Positions 1 through 11,400 of a stretch of 64,000 bases of DNA are shown in pieces. This DNA comes from Macrostomum hystrix (taxonomy: Eukaryota; Animalia; Platyhelminthes): contig CATNEN010000038.1 of assembly GCA_950097015.1 (NCBI GenBank), positions 12,214,001-12,278,000 of the forward strand, written 5' to 3'. Positions within the stretch are counted from its first letter, which is position 1; each line of letters starts with the position of its first letter. A program made the translations under genes and the position numbers. The notes beneath the pieces are model-generated. The model had not been told where the DNA came from and ran no database searches. It saw only the letters and a program-made list of their open reading frames with translations.

Positions 1-75
1 TTTTGAGACGATTCTGTTACTGTCATGGGAATTGTTTTAGCGTCACAGAGCTACGTTTAAAATAAACAACTTCAG

Positions 76-1294
76 ATCCTCCTCTGACGCCGAGAATTCG
101 AGCTGGGCACAGACAACTGAGCCATCGCATCCTGGAGCCACCGCCGCCGCCGCCAACTTCGCAGCCGTCGTTTGTAGGACGCCGCCCGCGTCCCCAGGTG
201 GACCTTGATGGCATCGAAAGTGACGACGTGGCTTCGCTGGCCGGAGATACCCGTCCTCGGCGGAGAACAACGTTTGGATGGCGTGACGGTCGACGACGAC
301 TTTACGACGAAGATTTAGAGGACTACGCTGATGACAGGGTTAAGGACGCCCTGGACTTGAATGACGGTCTCGATGCCGGCTTGACTGCTTCGACACCTCT
401 GCCTCCAACGCAATCGTCGCTTCTGGAGCCTGCTCGGCGTCCATTTTGGTCTTCTTCTATTCATGCGCCATCTATTCATCGTCATCAGCAGCAGCCGCGG
501 ACCTTTGCCCCGTTCAGCCAGTCGGATCTGCGACCTGGCGATCTCGTTGAGTTCGGCGGCAGCCGGGGTCGATTGACTCGCGGCCGGGTCCGCTACGTTG
601 GCAGCCTGCACGGCCGGCGGGGCATTTACGTCGGTGTCGAGCTGGAAAGTCGCGAAGGCAAACACGATGGAGTCTTCGATGGAAGGCGATACTTCCAGTG
701 GTGAGTGAAAGTAGTTTCGGGCTGATGCAAAATTTCCAGTACGGCTTCAGATTCCTAGCGCAACTCTTAACAAGGTGCGGAGTCAGAATTAGCTTGAGTT
801 GCAATTTTTAAGTTTCCGTTCTTTTTTTCTTAAACATTGATCGCACCTGCCCCAATTGGGTCAGGTGTGCAGCCGCAGCTATTGCGCGTCGCCTCTGAAG
901 GCTGTGTGCAGTGTTCAGTCATGTGTTCAGTCATGTGTTCAGTCATGTGTTCAGTCATGTGTTCAGTCATGTGTTCAGTCATGTGTTCAGTCATGTGTTC
1001 AGTCATGTGTTCAGTCATGTGTTCAGTCATGTGTTCAGTCATGTGTTCAGTCATGTGTTCAGTCATGTGTTCAGTCATGTGTTCAGTCATGTGTTCAGTC
1101 ATGTTTTCAGTCCATGGGCCCTTAGTTTCCCGAGCTGATGCTGGCACCCATTAAAAGCACTTTCGCTTAAACTTTGTCTGTTATCTATCCAGTCCTCCAT
1201 TCTGCCTATTGATATAATCTCTCATTTCAGCAAACAGAACCAGGGCACCTTCGTGGCATTCGACAAAATTGCACTCTGCCATCCGACTCTCTGA
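76..1294 (+). CDS. 3' part of a CAP-Gly domain protein (exons ~76-700 and 1231-1294; gene starts upstream of the window)
   Basis: GRVRYVG...GIYVGVELESREGKHDGVFDGRRYFQ matches CAP-Gly (GKNDG-like). Donor TG|gtgagt at 700/701 joins acceptor catttcag|C at 1230/1231, completing the domain as CKQNQGTFVAFDKIALCHPTL*. Confidence 0.85.
838..1158 (-). mobile_element. tRNA/CORE-like SINE family B copy, interrupted by a 12-bp minisatellite
   Basis: cctgccccaattgggtcaggtgtgcagccgcagctattgcgcg and cagtccatgg...agctgatgctggcacccat are reverse-complement matches to the copy at 6481-6800. Confidence 0.8.
911..1113. repeat. 12-bp minisatellite (GTGTTCAGTCAT) x ~16-17, intronic
   Basis: Perfect tandem copies seen directly. 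Confidence 0.97.
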
Positions 1295-2308
1295 TGATTG
1301 TTGGGGCCTGTGATGACACAGCTGACAGGCATTCACGCGATTGCGATGAACAGTCGATTGATCAATAGGAAGGAGTTCTATTGACTTTAATTTCAATCCA
1401 TCTCGTTGGTGTTCATATCGATCTTTTTATATACGAGTAATTACCATTCGATATTTTTGAGGTTCGTAATTGCTTTGCAAAATTTTTGTAACAGTCCCGT
1501 CAAACTGTGGGTTCGCTGTTTATACAACTCACTAGAGATTTAAACTGAATTTACTGATATTTACTGGTTTTAACAATACTATTCCTTAGCGCACTTATAA
1601 ATCCTATTTTCCTTTTTTGTTTTAATTATTAAATCAACCTTCTTAGAGTATAAAGACTTGATTTGTAGATTGTTTGCTTTTCGTAGAAGCAAGAAAACGT
1701 TCTCAAGTTTCCATCAAAGCACCGCGTCTGTCTTCCTTTGCCAGAGATTTCGATTATTTTACTATTTCACTTTCTAGTTCTTTCTCAAGCTTATATAGTT
1801 GCGCTTTCGACCGTCACATTGAACAATTCCAAGCTGGTTAGCTAAGTTCTTGTTTGCTAGTTGTCACAATTACTAGACAACTTTGCTGCTTTTTTGATAA
1901 GCCTTTTATACCTTTGTGACTGTAAGAACAAATTTGAAATCCAGCAAATACTGCTTCCAGCAGCGTGCGGACACTAAAATAAAGCGAAGGAAATGTCAGT
2001 TGAAATTTAATTTTGCATTAGTAAACTAGTGCGTTCTTGGTTTCAAATGAGCTCTTTCATTTTTCTTAAGCTCCTATTTTTCCCGTTTTCACAAGTTACA
2101 CGTAATAACAGCTTCTTCGGGTTTTTTTTCTTTAGGTGCAATGTAAATACGTCAGTTTTAACCTTTAGATTTTTAATAAAAAATAAAGGCAGCACTACAA
2201 TATCTCAGAGTAGCATACAGTACAAGAATCGTTATTTTCGAAGTAGATGAAATATAAATACGCCTGGGGGTCTGATAAGTCAGGTAAAGTCTGGTAAAGT
2301 CGGGTAAG

Positions 2309-4075
2309 TCAAGCGCTTGTATGCATCGGGGTCGATTTGAGAACCAAGCTTAAGCCAGATATATCGGGTTGATGTCTAGTTCTGATCTCGATATTATTGA
2401 AGCACCAGACAAATGCGTTCCATGCCTGCTGCACCACACTGTCATTTTTCAATAAGCTGGAGACCTTGTTGCGGAAGACAATGTCGTTTAGAATGCCGAA
2501 TGTCTCAGCGAATTCGAAATAGACGAGGCCACACTTGCGCAGGTCCATAAACTGACGATAATCCTGGCTAGTTGTCTGGCTGAGCTGCTTGCAGAACAAA
2601 GCACAGTTCGTGTAAGTAGCAAACTCTTGTCGCCAGTCTCTTATGCGGTTATAGACGTCTCGCAGCAGACTGGCGATGCAACTGCCTTGATTTTTGTCAT
2701 GAGCGAATACGCAATGACAGCTAGAGATGACCACATTCAGGATCTGGGGCGTTTGCCAGAAGCGCTGCTTCACATTCAAAAGCTTTCTCACAGTTTTGTT
2801 TGAGACTTGAGACTCGCTATTACGATCAGCCTGTTCTTCAGCGCCTGTATTGTTTGGTGATAAAATAGAGCTAGTCCTCAAAACATTATGGGTTGCTCGC
2901 GATTGAGAACTGTCCCCGGTTCGTTTCTCCTGCAGTAGCATGTCCCAAGGCAGGTAGTCACCGCTGAGCATAGCAATGAGAACATAGAAAGCCGACTCCA
3001 CATCGTCTAGGGGGCTCATGTTCGATCCTCGAGCGCTGAGCTGACCCATTGAAGCGAATCGCAAGCTACTGCCGGTCAATTTATCTGATAGATCAGTTGG
3101 TCCAGACTTTTTAGCTTCATCAACAATATAGGACCGTTTAAAGTTATTGAGATAAACAACATTGAATGTGACGCCATGTCCCAAATATATGTTTTCGGGG
3201 CAGATGTCATTGTGTACAACACCGAGCCTCTGCACCTGTAGGACGCGGCAAATAAGCTGGTCGAATATCTTGAATGCTGTCCATAGATCTAGGGAGGCCG
3301 GAGTTACCTGAGCAGCTCTAACGAGCTGCTGCAAGTATGCCACATTGGGTCCCATTTTCTCCATTGTCATGTAGGACAGGGTCGACCTATGATTCATGCC
3401 AGTCGGAAAGCTCATTGGCGTTAATCTACCGTATTCGTCAATTTCATTAGCGTGATTAGAATAACGCTCCACAGTGAAAACGTTATTGGGTACTTCCTGG
3501 TACTCGAATACGATCGGGATTCCTGTCATTTCGCTAATGTCGGCGCCCGTTCCTAAATATGTATTCCAGATGAACTCCAGGATTTTATACTCACGTTTCA
3601 GCAAGTATGTGCTAACATGGAATGGTTTAGAGATGGCTTCGACTTTCATAACGACGCAGAGTCCGACGTCCCATGTTCTGGAGCGCACGAGATTCGGGTT
3701 CGGCTTTGAAACCCCATTGTGCCTCGTGTAGAGGTTGAGCTTGTCCTCAAAAAGTTTGTGCGCCACAAACTTGTACGTGTGTAGATTTTCAGCTTGTGTC
3801 TCCTGATCGAATCGGGTGTTCGCTTCCAGGACGAGACCGCGACTACTCATTTGCAAGAAAACGTAGCAATCTGGAATATCGCAGGTGCTAGTAGTAAAAT
3901 ACTTTGATTTGAAGTCTTGGCTAATTAGAAGCGGTAGAATTTTCGAGCATTTGATCAGGGAGGCTTGAAGATTGGCCTGCTGGTCATCATTCGATAGTCT
4001 GCTGAAGGGCTGCTCTTCTGTATCTTCGCAGTTCGACTTCTCAGCCAAGCTTTGTATTACTGGATTCCCAATCAT
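2309..4075 (-). CDS. Intronless casein kinase 1/TTBK-like protein, probably a pseudokinase
   Basis: VVMKVE...LKREYKIL, HNDICPENI (cf. HRDIKPEN), LTGSSLRFAS (cf. LTGTARYAS), SPLDDVESAFYVLIAMLSGDYLPW (cf. SRRDDLESLGYVL...LPW). DFG position reads NFK. First ATG at 4075; the true start is uncertain. Confidence 0.8.
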   Translation of the reverse strand: MIGNPVIQSLAEKSNCEDTEEQPFSRLSNDDQQANLQASLIKCSKILPLLISQDFKSKYFTTSTCDIPDCYVFLQMSSRGLVLEANTRFDQETQAENLHTYKFVAHKLFEDKLNLYTRHNGVSKPNPNLVRSRTWDVGLCVVMKVEAISKPFHVSTYLLKREYKILEFIWNTYLGTGADISEMTGIPIVFEYQEVPNNVFTVERYSNHANEIDEYGRLTPMSFPTGMNHRSTLSYMTMEKMGPNVAYLQQLVRAAQVTPASLDLWTAFKIFDQLICRVLQVQRLGVVHNDICPENIYLGHGVTFNVVYLNNFKRSYIVDEAKKSGPTDLSDKLTGSSLRFASMGQLSARGSNMSPLDDVESAFYVLIAMLSGDYLPWDMLLQEKRTGDSSQSRATHNVLRTSSILSPNNTGAEEQADRNSESQVSNKTVRKLLNVKQRFWQTPQILNVVISSCHCVFAHDKNQGSCIASLLRDVYNRIRDWRQEFATYTNCALFCKQLSQTTSQDYRQFMDLRKCGLVYFEFAETFGILNDIVFRNKVSSLLKNDSVVQQAWNAFVWCFNNIEIRTRHQPDISGLSLVLKSTPMHTSA

Positions 4076-5411
4076 GGATGCAAGCTTCAAAGGTGAGATT
4101 TCAATTCTTGGCACCTTAGCTGGTGACTGCGCTCTCTCTCAGATAAATGGCAGGAAAAGCTTGATCCAAGGTACTCGATGTGCGCTCTGTCTGGTGAAAG
4201 CTGAAACTCAAACTGTCATATGAAGTTAGTTCGGGCCATAGACGCTGGCGAAGTCACTATCCTACTATTTTATGCAGATACCGCTTAGCGAAAGTAACCC
4301 GCTTGCAAGCATGGACTTCTATAGCTAGCATGTAGGCTAGGTTGCGAGATGCTAGCTAATGTTAAAGCACTTTAAGTACCTAATACGATTTTTATTTAGC
4401 TATTTAGTGCGATACTAAATCATGCCCACATGTATTTGTTTTTGAAGCACATTGGAGCACAATACGCTCGTAGCTTAAAAATGTTCTTCATGTTGTTAAA
4501 AACTAAATAATTTGACTTGTATCTTCCACCGTTACTTTTTCGTTTAAAGAAAAAAACATAGAAAAAACGTCTCGAGAGTTTCATTATTTTCCTGTTTATT
4601 GTATTAAATAAACGATTTTTTCCATAAAAAGCCAAATTACGGTACAAATATGCGATTGAGGTCACTGAGTTTTTCACAATTAAATTTGAAGGACTCATAG
4701 CTCTTAAATATTATATTTCTCAAGATTATTGTTTCTTTTTTTCAGAATAAACTTTTCAATACCTCGGCGTTTCTTCAACTTTCTTAGGAGCTGTTATACA
4801 GTTGAAAATTAACAGACTTCAGTTTAAAAAGAAATGTTTCTAACTTTTTTAACTGCAATTCCTCAAAATGTTAAGGAAATGGTAGATGGTAATGGTAGCT
4901 CTCGGTCTCTCTGCTACGTGGCAGCCCCACCAATCCTCATCGCTTCTCACCTTTCTGTCCTGAATCTGTAGCCTCTCTCTCTCTCTCTGATGCTCCCAAG
5001 GCTAGTAAAAGAATCGGCCAGAAATTCAACCGCCCTCAGAACCGCGACCTCCTCGCTTGAATGTACGCCGCACACGTTTGGGTAGCAAAGGCTTTAATAT
5101 AAATGTACACTGCTGCTATCGTACGTACATTGCCTGTTCTCTACCCCGAGCCATTCTCTCAAGCATGCCCATTGCTTTCTGTCCTTTTTTAGTCCAAGCT
5201 AAAGCCATGCACCACCAACGACAAACTCGCAACTAGGGCAGCGCATTATTACGAGCGTACAGTCCGAGCAGCAGAGAAAATCTTGCATAGGGTCCTAGTG
5301 AAAGAAGCTGAATTTGTCTGTCGGGCCAAAACACAATCTAGCATGAGTTTACTGTAATAGGACTCCCTGGTGAGCGGAGCTCGGATCGACCAGCTCAAAT
5401 TCCGCTCAAAG

Positions 5412-8400
5412 ATGTCTGCAGCTGGAGCTGGAGATGCGGCAGCATCCACAGTGGCAGCCGCCGAGCGACAGCGCTGGGAGCTCCTGCGCGGTCGCGTCAG
5501 CCGACTGCCGCCAGTGCGCAGTCTGGTGGTTCGAGTTCTCGTCAGCGGCCTTCGCGACTCAACCAGCAGCGCTTCAACAACGAGAAGTTCAGCAGTGTCC
5601 GCGGCGTCCCATCTAGCCAGCCGGGCGCTGCCCCGCCTGAGAAAATATTGCCGCGACAGGCACGGTATCGACTTTCTCGCGGTTGGAGTCGACGACGATG
5701 TCGGCGGTGGCAGCGGATTAGCTACAGGAGACGTCGGTGGCATCTCTTTGCCAGCAACTCAGCTGGCTCTGCCTGCGACTATTTCAGAGGCTGACTTCGC
5801 TGCCACTAGGGCTGCATTAGCATACGAGTCAGAGTCAGCGGTCGCCTGGCTGGACAGCTGCTACAGGCGAGATGAAAACAATGTTGAAGCGCCTGAGTGG
5901 CTACTGCTGACAGCTGAGCAGATAGAGGTGAGCAGAACCTCATCTCCTTTTTAACAGTAGAAAGACCATGGAGGTATTTCAAATAGCCACATTTTTTTCT
6001 GCATCTCACAAAATATTCAACCAATCTCAATGAAAAACCAGAACACGGACAAAAAATTTCCACTCTATCCGATAAAACAACTTCCAGAATTGCAAAACAT
6101 AGCTCGTAGGCGTCGTCGAGATATTCAACGATTCTCGTCGGGTGTCTGGTGTCAAGAGCCACTAATACGCTTGCGTATTATTTTCTGCTGACAAAATTTC
6201 ATCATGGAATCATGTCGGCAATCATTTTTTACTATTTTGGACAGAACAGAGAAATGTTACTAGTTCTTGTCACCAGGGCATTCGACAAGAATCACTGAAT
6301 ATCTCGAGGATGCTGACTCGGACGGCTTTGAAAGTTAGTTGATCGTAAAGTGCGGAAAATTTTGATTGAGATAGTGTACTTTCACGAAAATCAGTCATTC
6401 GGTTTGGGAGCTATCGTGATGTAGGCAGTGGGTATTTATAATTAACTCTGTGGTTTTTCTACTGTTTTAAAGTTAGTAAGAGGTTGTAGCCATGTGTTTA
6501 GAGCGTCGGACTCATGACTTGAAGGTCGGCGGTTCGATTCCTAACTCCACTGGAACGATTTGTTTCCTTTAGCAAGCCACTAAACTCTGCATTGCTTCAG
6601 TTCACCCAGCTATTATATGGGTACCAGCATTAGCTGGGGTGATTGAGGGCGCGTGCGGCGTTCACCCCAGTCCATGGACTGAACAGCCATACGCAGTCTT
6701 CAGATGCGCCGCGCAATAGCTGCGGCTGCGCTGTGGGCTGCACATCTGGCCCAATTGGGGCAGGAGTAATCAATTATTTTTATTTATATTATTATTTATT
6801 AAAGTTAGCAATGAAATAATTTCAACCCTTTCCGAACCCTTCCTTAACCAGCTGCCCAAGAAGCAGTGGCTGGACATGGAAAACCGCCTGTCAGCGGCAC
6901 TTCGACGGATCACAGCGAAGCGCCAACAGAACGCTAGCCAACACTCGCTACAATGTCCGAAGCCGTCAGCAGCGTTGGTAGCAGTCGACGATCCGACTGG
7001 CCGGCTCGACATTCAGATCGACATTCGTCAGTTGGCCAGCTGGTCGCCTGACTGCGCCGCTTCGCCTGAGCGTCTGGACGCTCTCTCCCGAGATTACGTC
7101 AACGCCGTCACGCAGCTGATTGACGCCCGTCTGCGACATCAGTCGGAGATTCCCACAGCTGATCCGCTGCTGGCCGAGGTTCTGCAGCACGCGGCCGCCT
7201 GCTCCCGTTACCTGACTAATTTCCGCGGCCGTGACTCGGAGCTGGCCAAAATTCGCCACTACCTGGCGCAGTCGTCAGACAATTACGACGAGGCTCGACG
7301 TCGCCTGCCACTAATTGTTTACGGACCGTCAGGCAGCGGCAAGACCTCAGTGATGGCCCGCGCCGCCGCCTCTGCTGTGGCTTGGGCAGCGGAATGCACC
7401 GCTGATGATCCCGACCACGATACCGATTCCGGCGCTTCGTCACAGTCGCCTCCACAGCAGCCGCCACTTGTGTTGCTGCGTTTTCTCGGCACGAGTCCCG
7501 ATACCAGCGGCATTCGGCGCACTCTGCGCTCACTGGCCTGCCAACTGGCCGACCTGCTGGCTCAGGAAGAGGCGCCAAATGCGAGCATCCAGCCACCGCC
7601 GCCACCGCCGCAAAATTTTAACGAGCTAGTGAAGTCTTTCTACTCCCTTATAGAGCGCCTGGGACAGAGACGTCACGTTCTCGTATTTCTGGACAGCATC
7701 GACCAGCTGGACGGCTCTGATGGCGCCTTTCACATGGGATGGCTGCGGACGCCGCTTCCGCTCGGGGCACGGATAGTTTTGTCCGCCCTGCCCGACCAGC
7801 GGGCCGGCATCCTGGCCGCCTGTCGCTCACGATTCCCAGACCCGGCATGCTACGTCGCTGTAGAGCCTGCGGGTGTCCCTCTCTGCCGGGAGATCCTCGG
7901 CTCGCTGCTCAGCCGACGCAACCGATGTCTCACGGAGCAGCAGTGGGCAGCTGTGGACGCCGCTCTCGAGGGCTGCTCGCTGCCGATCTTTGCCACTCTC
8001 CTGGCCTGCCGGGCTGCCCTCTGGCGCTCCTTCCATCGGCCAGATCCGCAGAGTCTTCGAATCACCGTTCGGGAGGCCGTCTGCCACGTGTTCGATCAAC
8101 TGGTGGCAGCCCACGGCAGCGTGCTGGTCAGTTTTGGGATATCATGGGAATGACAGGTATCGAGATATATATACAGGTATCTGCATATAAAGATTGAATA
8201 AAAGGGGCTGTGATTGCGGATTAAGATCTCTGAATCCGGATCTGGCATTTGCATGAAAATTTATTTTCACGCCTCCCAAAAATCTCGCAGACCCGTCACT
8301 CCCTGGCCTACATAACGGCCTCTCGCAATGGCCTTACCGAGTCTGAGCTTGAAGATCTGCTAAGCCTGGACGACGAAGTCCTGGCAGAGGTGGTTGACAC

Positions 8401-11400
8401 CTATCCCTGTACCGGCACTCTGCGTTTCCCATCGATTCGTTGGACTAAACTGCGCCAGGAGATCGGCTCTCACCTTGCAGATAGAGAGGCTGACGGTGCC
8501 AGGGTGCTGAACTGGTATCACCGCCAGTTCAAGGAGGCGGCGCAGGAATACTTCCTGGGTGACGAGGAGTTCGCAAAGCGGATTCACTCCGACATGGCGG
8601 ACTACTTCTTGGGATTGTGGGCCGGCAGACGGAAGCCGTATCGGTATCCGATTCGCTGCCGAGTTGTTCAGGTGTGTCCTGATTAGTTGATACAAAATAT
8701 GTTGTTTAAGTTTGGGTGTTTCGGCTATTCTCGAGCATGGAGTACTTAGAATTTACGGATCTTAAACCAATATGAATATTGTACTTGAATAGCGAAAACA
8801 TCACCGATTCAAAAATCACAGGGCCTGCCTGAGCAATCGCAAGAAGACCGCCTGTCCCCAAGCCAGCCTTACGTGCTTCGCTGTCTGCCCGGCAATAACC
8901 AACAGCTGCAGGAGCAGTGGAATCTGCGCCGACTAAGCGAACTGCCCTGGCACCTTGCCATGTCAAATCGACGCGCCGATTTTTACAAATTCACCGCCTT
9001 CGACTTGCACTACTTGTTCCACAAGCTCAAAGCGTCCGGTCGTCAGCAGCTGCTGATGGACCTGGAGCTGCCTCTCGGCCGCTGGGGCTGCATGGACGCT
9101 GAGGCGCAGCTCGTGTACAACGCCATCCGCATGGCCGCCCAGAGCCTGGCCTGCGACCCAGCCAGCCTGGCCGTAGACCTCCTCGGCCGGCTGCTTGGCT
9201 TTCTTCGGCCCGAGCGGCCCCAGCTTGCCGATCTGCTGCGCGATTGTCGAACCTCGCGACGCGCTCTCGGCCGCTGCTGCCTCCTGCCGCGCACTCAGTG
9301 CTTCGACTCTGGCTCCGGGCCGCTGCAGGCCAGCTTCGACCTGGGCCTGGCCATGGGCATCGCTATGCCCGGCGGTCGGCTGCTGTGCTTCTCTCTGGTC
9401 AGCAATGATGTCATCTGGTACGACCTGCAGGTGAGGCTTTAAAAATCTGACTCGTGCCAAGCGATTCTAATTTTAACGCGAACCCACTTTCCTTTGATCA
9501 ATTTTCAAAACTTTAAATTTTATTTATTCAGGGCAACGAGCTGAAGCGCATAGCCTGTGAGCACAATTTGTTCCTATCGATGAAGTACCTGTCACTGACG
9601 CCCATTTCCGAAGGCTGCGTGGTTCATGTTACTTCAACGCGCACCGTTGACCCCGGCTCCAGTCCGGACAACGCATCTGACTCTGCCTTGGAAGCTCCAG
9701 CAGCGGAGCGGACCTTCGAGCTGCTGCGCGTCGATCTAGAAACCGGCAGCTCCACAGTGCTGCACACATTCAGTAAAGATCTGCGGCTTAGCTGCGACTG
9801 CGTTGAGGCCGTCACCGAAACTCACCTGCTGTGCGCCTCCAACAAGTCGGACGCCACCGGCACGGCAGTCTGGCGGCTCTACTCTATCGCCGAGGCCGCT
9901 TTTGTGCCTGTTGTCGAGGGTAAGCGTGAACTGGAGTGCCGCATTGGGGCGCAGAATTTTTACACCGGTCGGCGACTGTTGGCCTTCGCTTTCGATGCTG
10001 ACGACGGCTGCGAGCTGATGCTGCGGGACCTGCAGCTAGACGCCTCCTGCGAAGCGTCGCCCAGGCTAAATGCCACGAAAGCGCTCGTTGAATTTTGCAG
10101 ACGGGCGGCCGAGAACAGAAGGCAGATGCGGGAGCAGAGCAGAACTCAAATGGGGTCGGAAGAGCAACCTGCAGCTGCAGCTGAGCCGCAGTTGGCGATT
10201 GATCCGGCTGTGAGTAATGTAGATACTTCTTAAAATAAATTGAGTCTTCGCTGTGAGAGTCAGTCTTTAAGACACTGAACGAATCGAAACTAATGTATAT
10301 ACGGCACTTTACGGAAGTCCGAAGCCCTCTAGGCCGAAAATCGATTATATCAAGCAAGAGATAAGGAGGAGGAAGATGGGTAACAGCTGAAAAGGTGGTA
10401 TGAGGAAAGAGAGACGAACATCTAGCCAATCAGAGACGAGGGGGAGGAAAGAGAAGTGAAGGTTAGCTAAGAAGTTGAACAGATAATGGAAGAAAGGAGA
10501 AAGTACAATCAGAAGGCGCACGTGCGTAAAAAACACAGAGAGAAGGGGAAGTAATAAAAAATACCAAGTACGGTTTTCTTTTGATACTAGTACAAGACTC
10601 ATTCGTGATTCTACCATTCTAACCTTAATTTTAGTCGGAGCAATCTGAACAAGCGGGTGTACAGAGCTTGGATTTGCCATCAGCGAACGCTTCAGTTTCG
10701 GACCAGGTGGTTGAACCAGTGCTATTGGTTCAATCTCAGGAGCCGCATGCACGACCAGATCAAAGTGGAGAAGTCCATAATCAACCGGAAGACGACAACC
10801 AAGACGAGGACGGTGACTCGAACAATTGTGAAGCTCAGGCAGCAGCGCTGGATGAAGAAGGCGAGCCATCAGATTGGCGCATTGTAGGCCTGCTGATCGA
10901 CGCTTACTCCCGACTGGTGCTACTGGCTGAAGGCCGACGACGTCGCCTAGCCTTGGCCATAGTCGAGCTCGTCTCTGACGATCCAGACGGTCGACGGCAG
11001 CTGCGAATCATCCACGCGCAGCCAGTTAGCGAAGCTGGCGCATCAACCAGCGGCGGTGTGCGCTACTCTCAGAACTTTTGTTCGGCAAAGCGAGATCGAC
11101 TGGCCTTTCTAATGAGCACGCGGTTCCCTGGCAACTCAAGCTGCCGTGGCTTGGTCTGGCACGTGGAAGAACGGCGTGCTATCTGGCTTCGTGTGCCGGA
11201 CACCATGGCTGACTGCCGCGACTGCGTGAGAAACTTTGGCGACGGAGTACAGGCGAAGTTCAGTGAGGACGGAAAACTGCTGCTGACATCAGCCAGGCAG
11301 GCGCTGCTCATGGCCTGGTCGGCTCAGGACGGCACCCTCCTGCGTGTGCTGCGCCTGGGCAGCGCTGAGGCCTTCTTATCCGGCCAGCCGCCCGGCACAG

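Noticed and set aside
830-1154. TEHM / CSVM / FSHV repeat ORFs (likewise 23592-24172, 28804-29661, 32176-32703)
   Set aside because: By-products of tandem repeats, open in multiple frames.
6481-6548. Possible tRNA-Met gene
   Set aside because: Acceptor and anticodon stems do not pair well, and it continues into a dispersed repeat body, so it is a SINE head.
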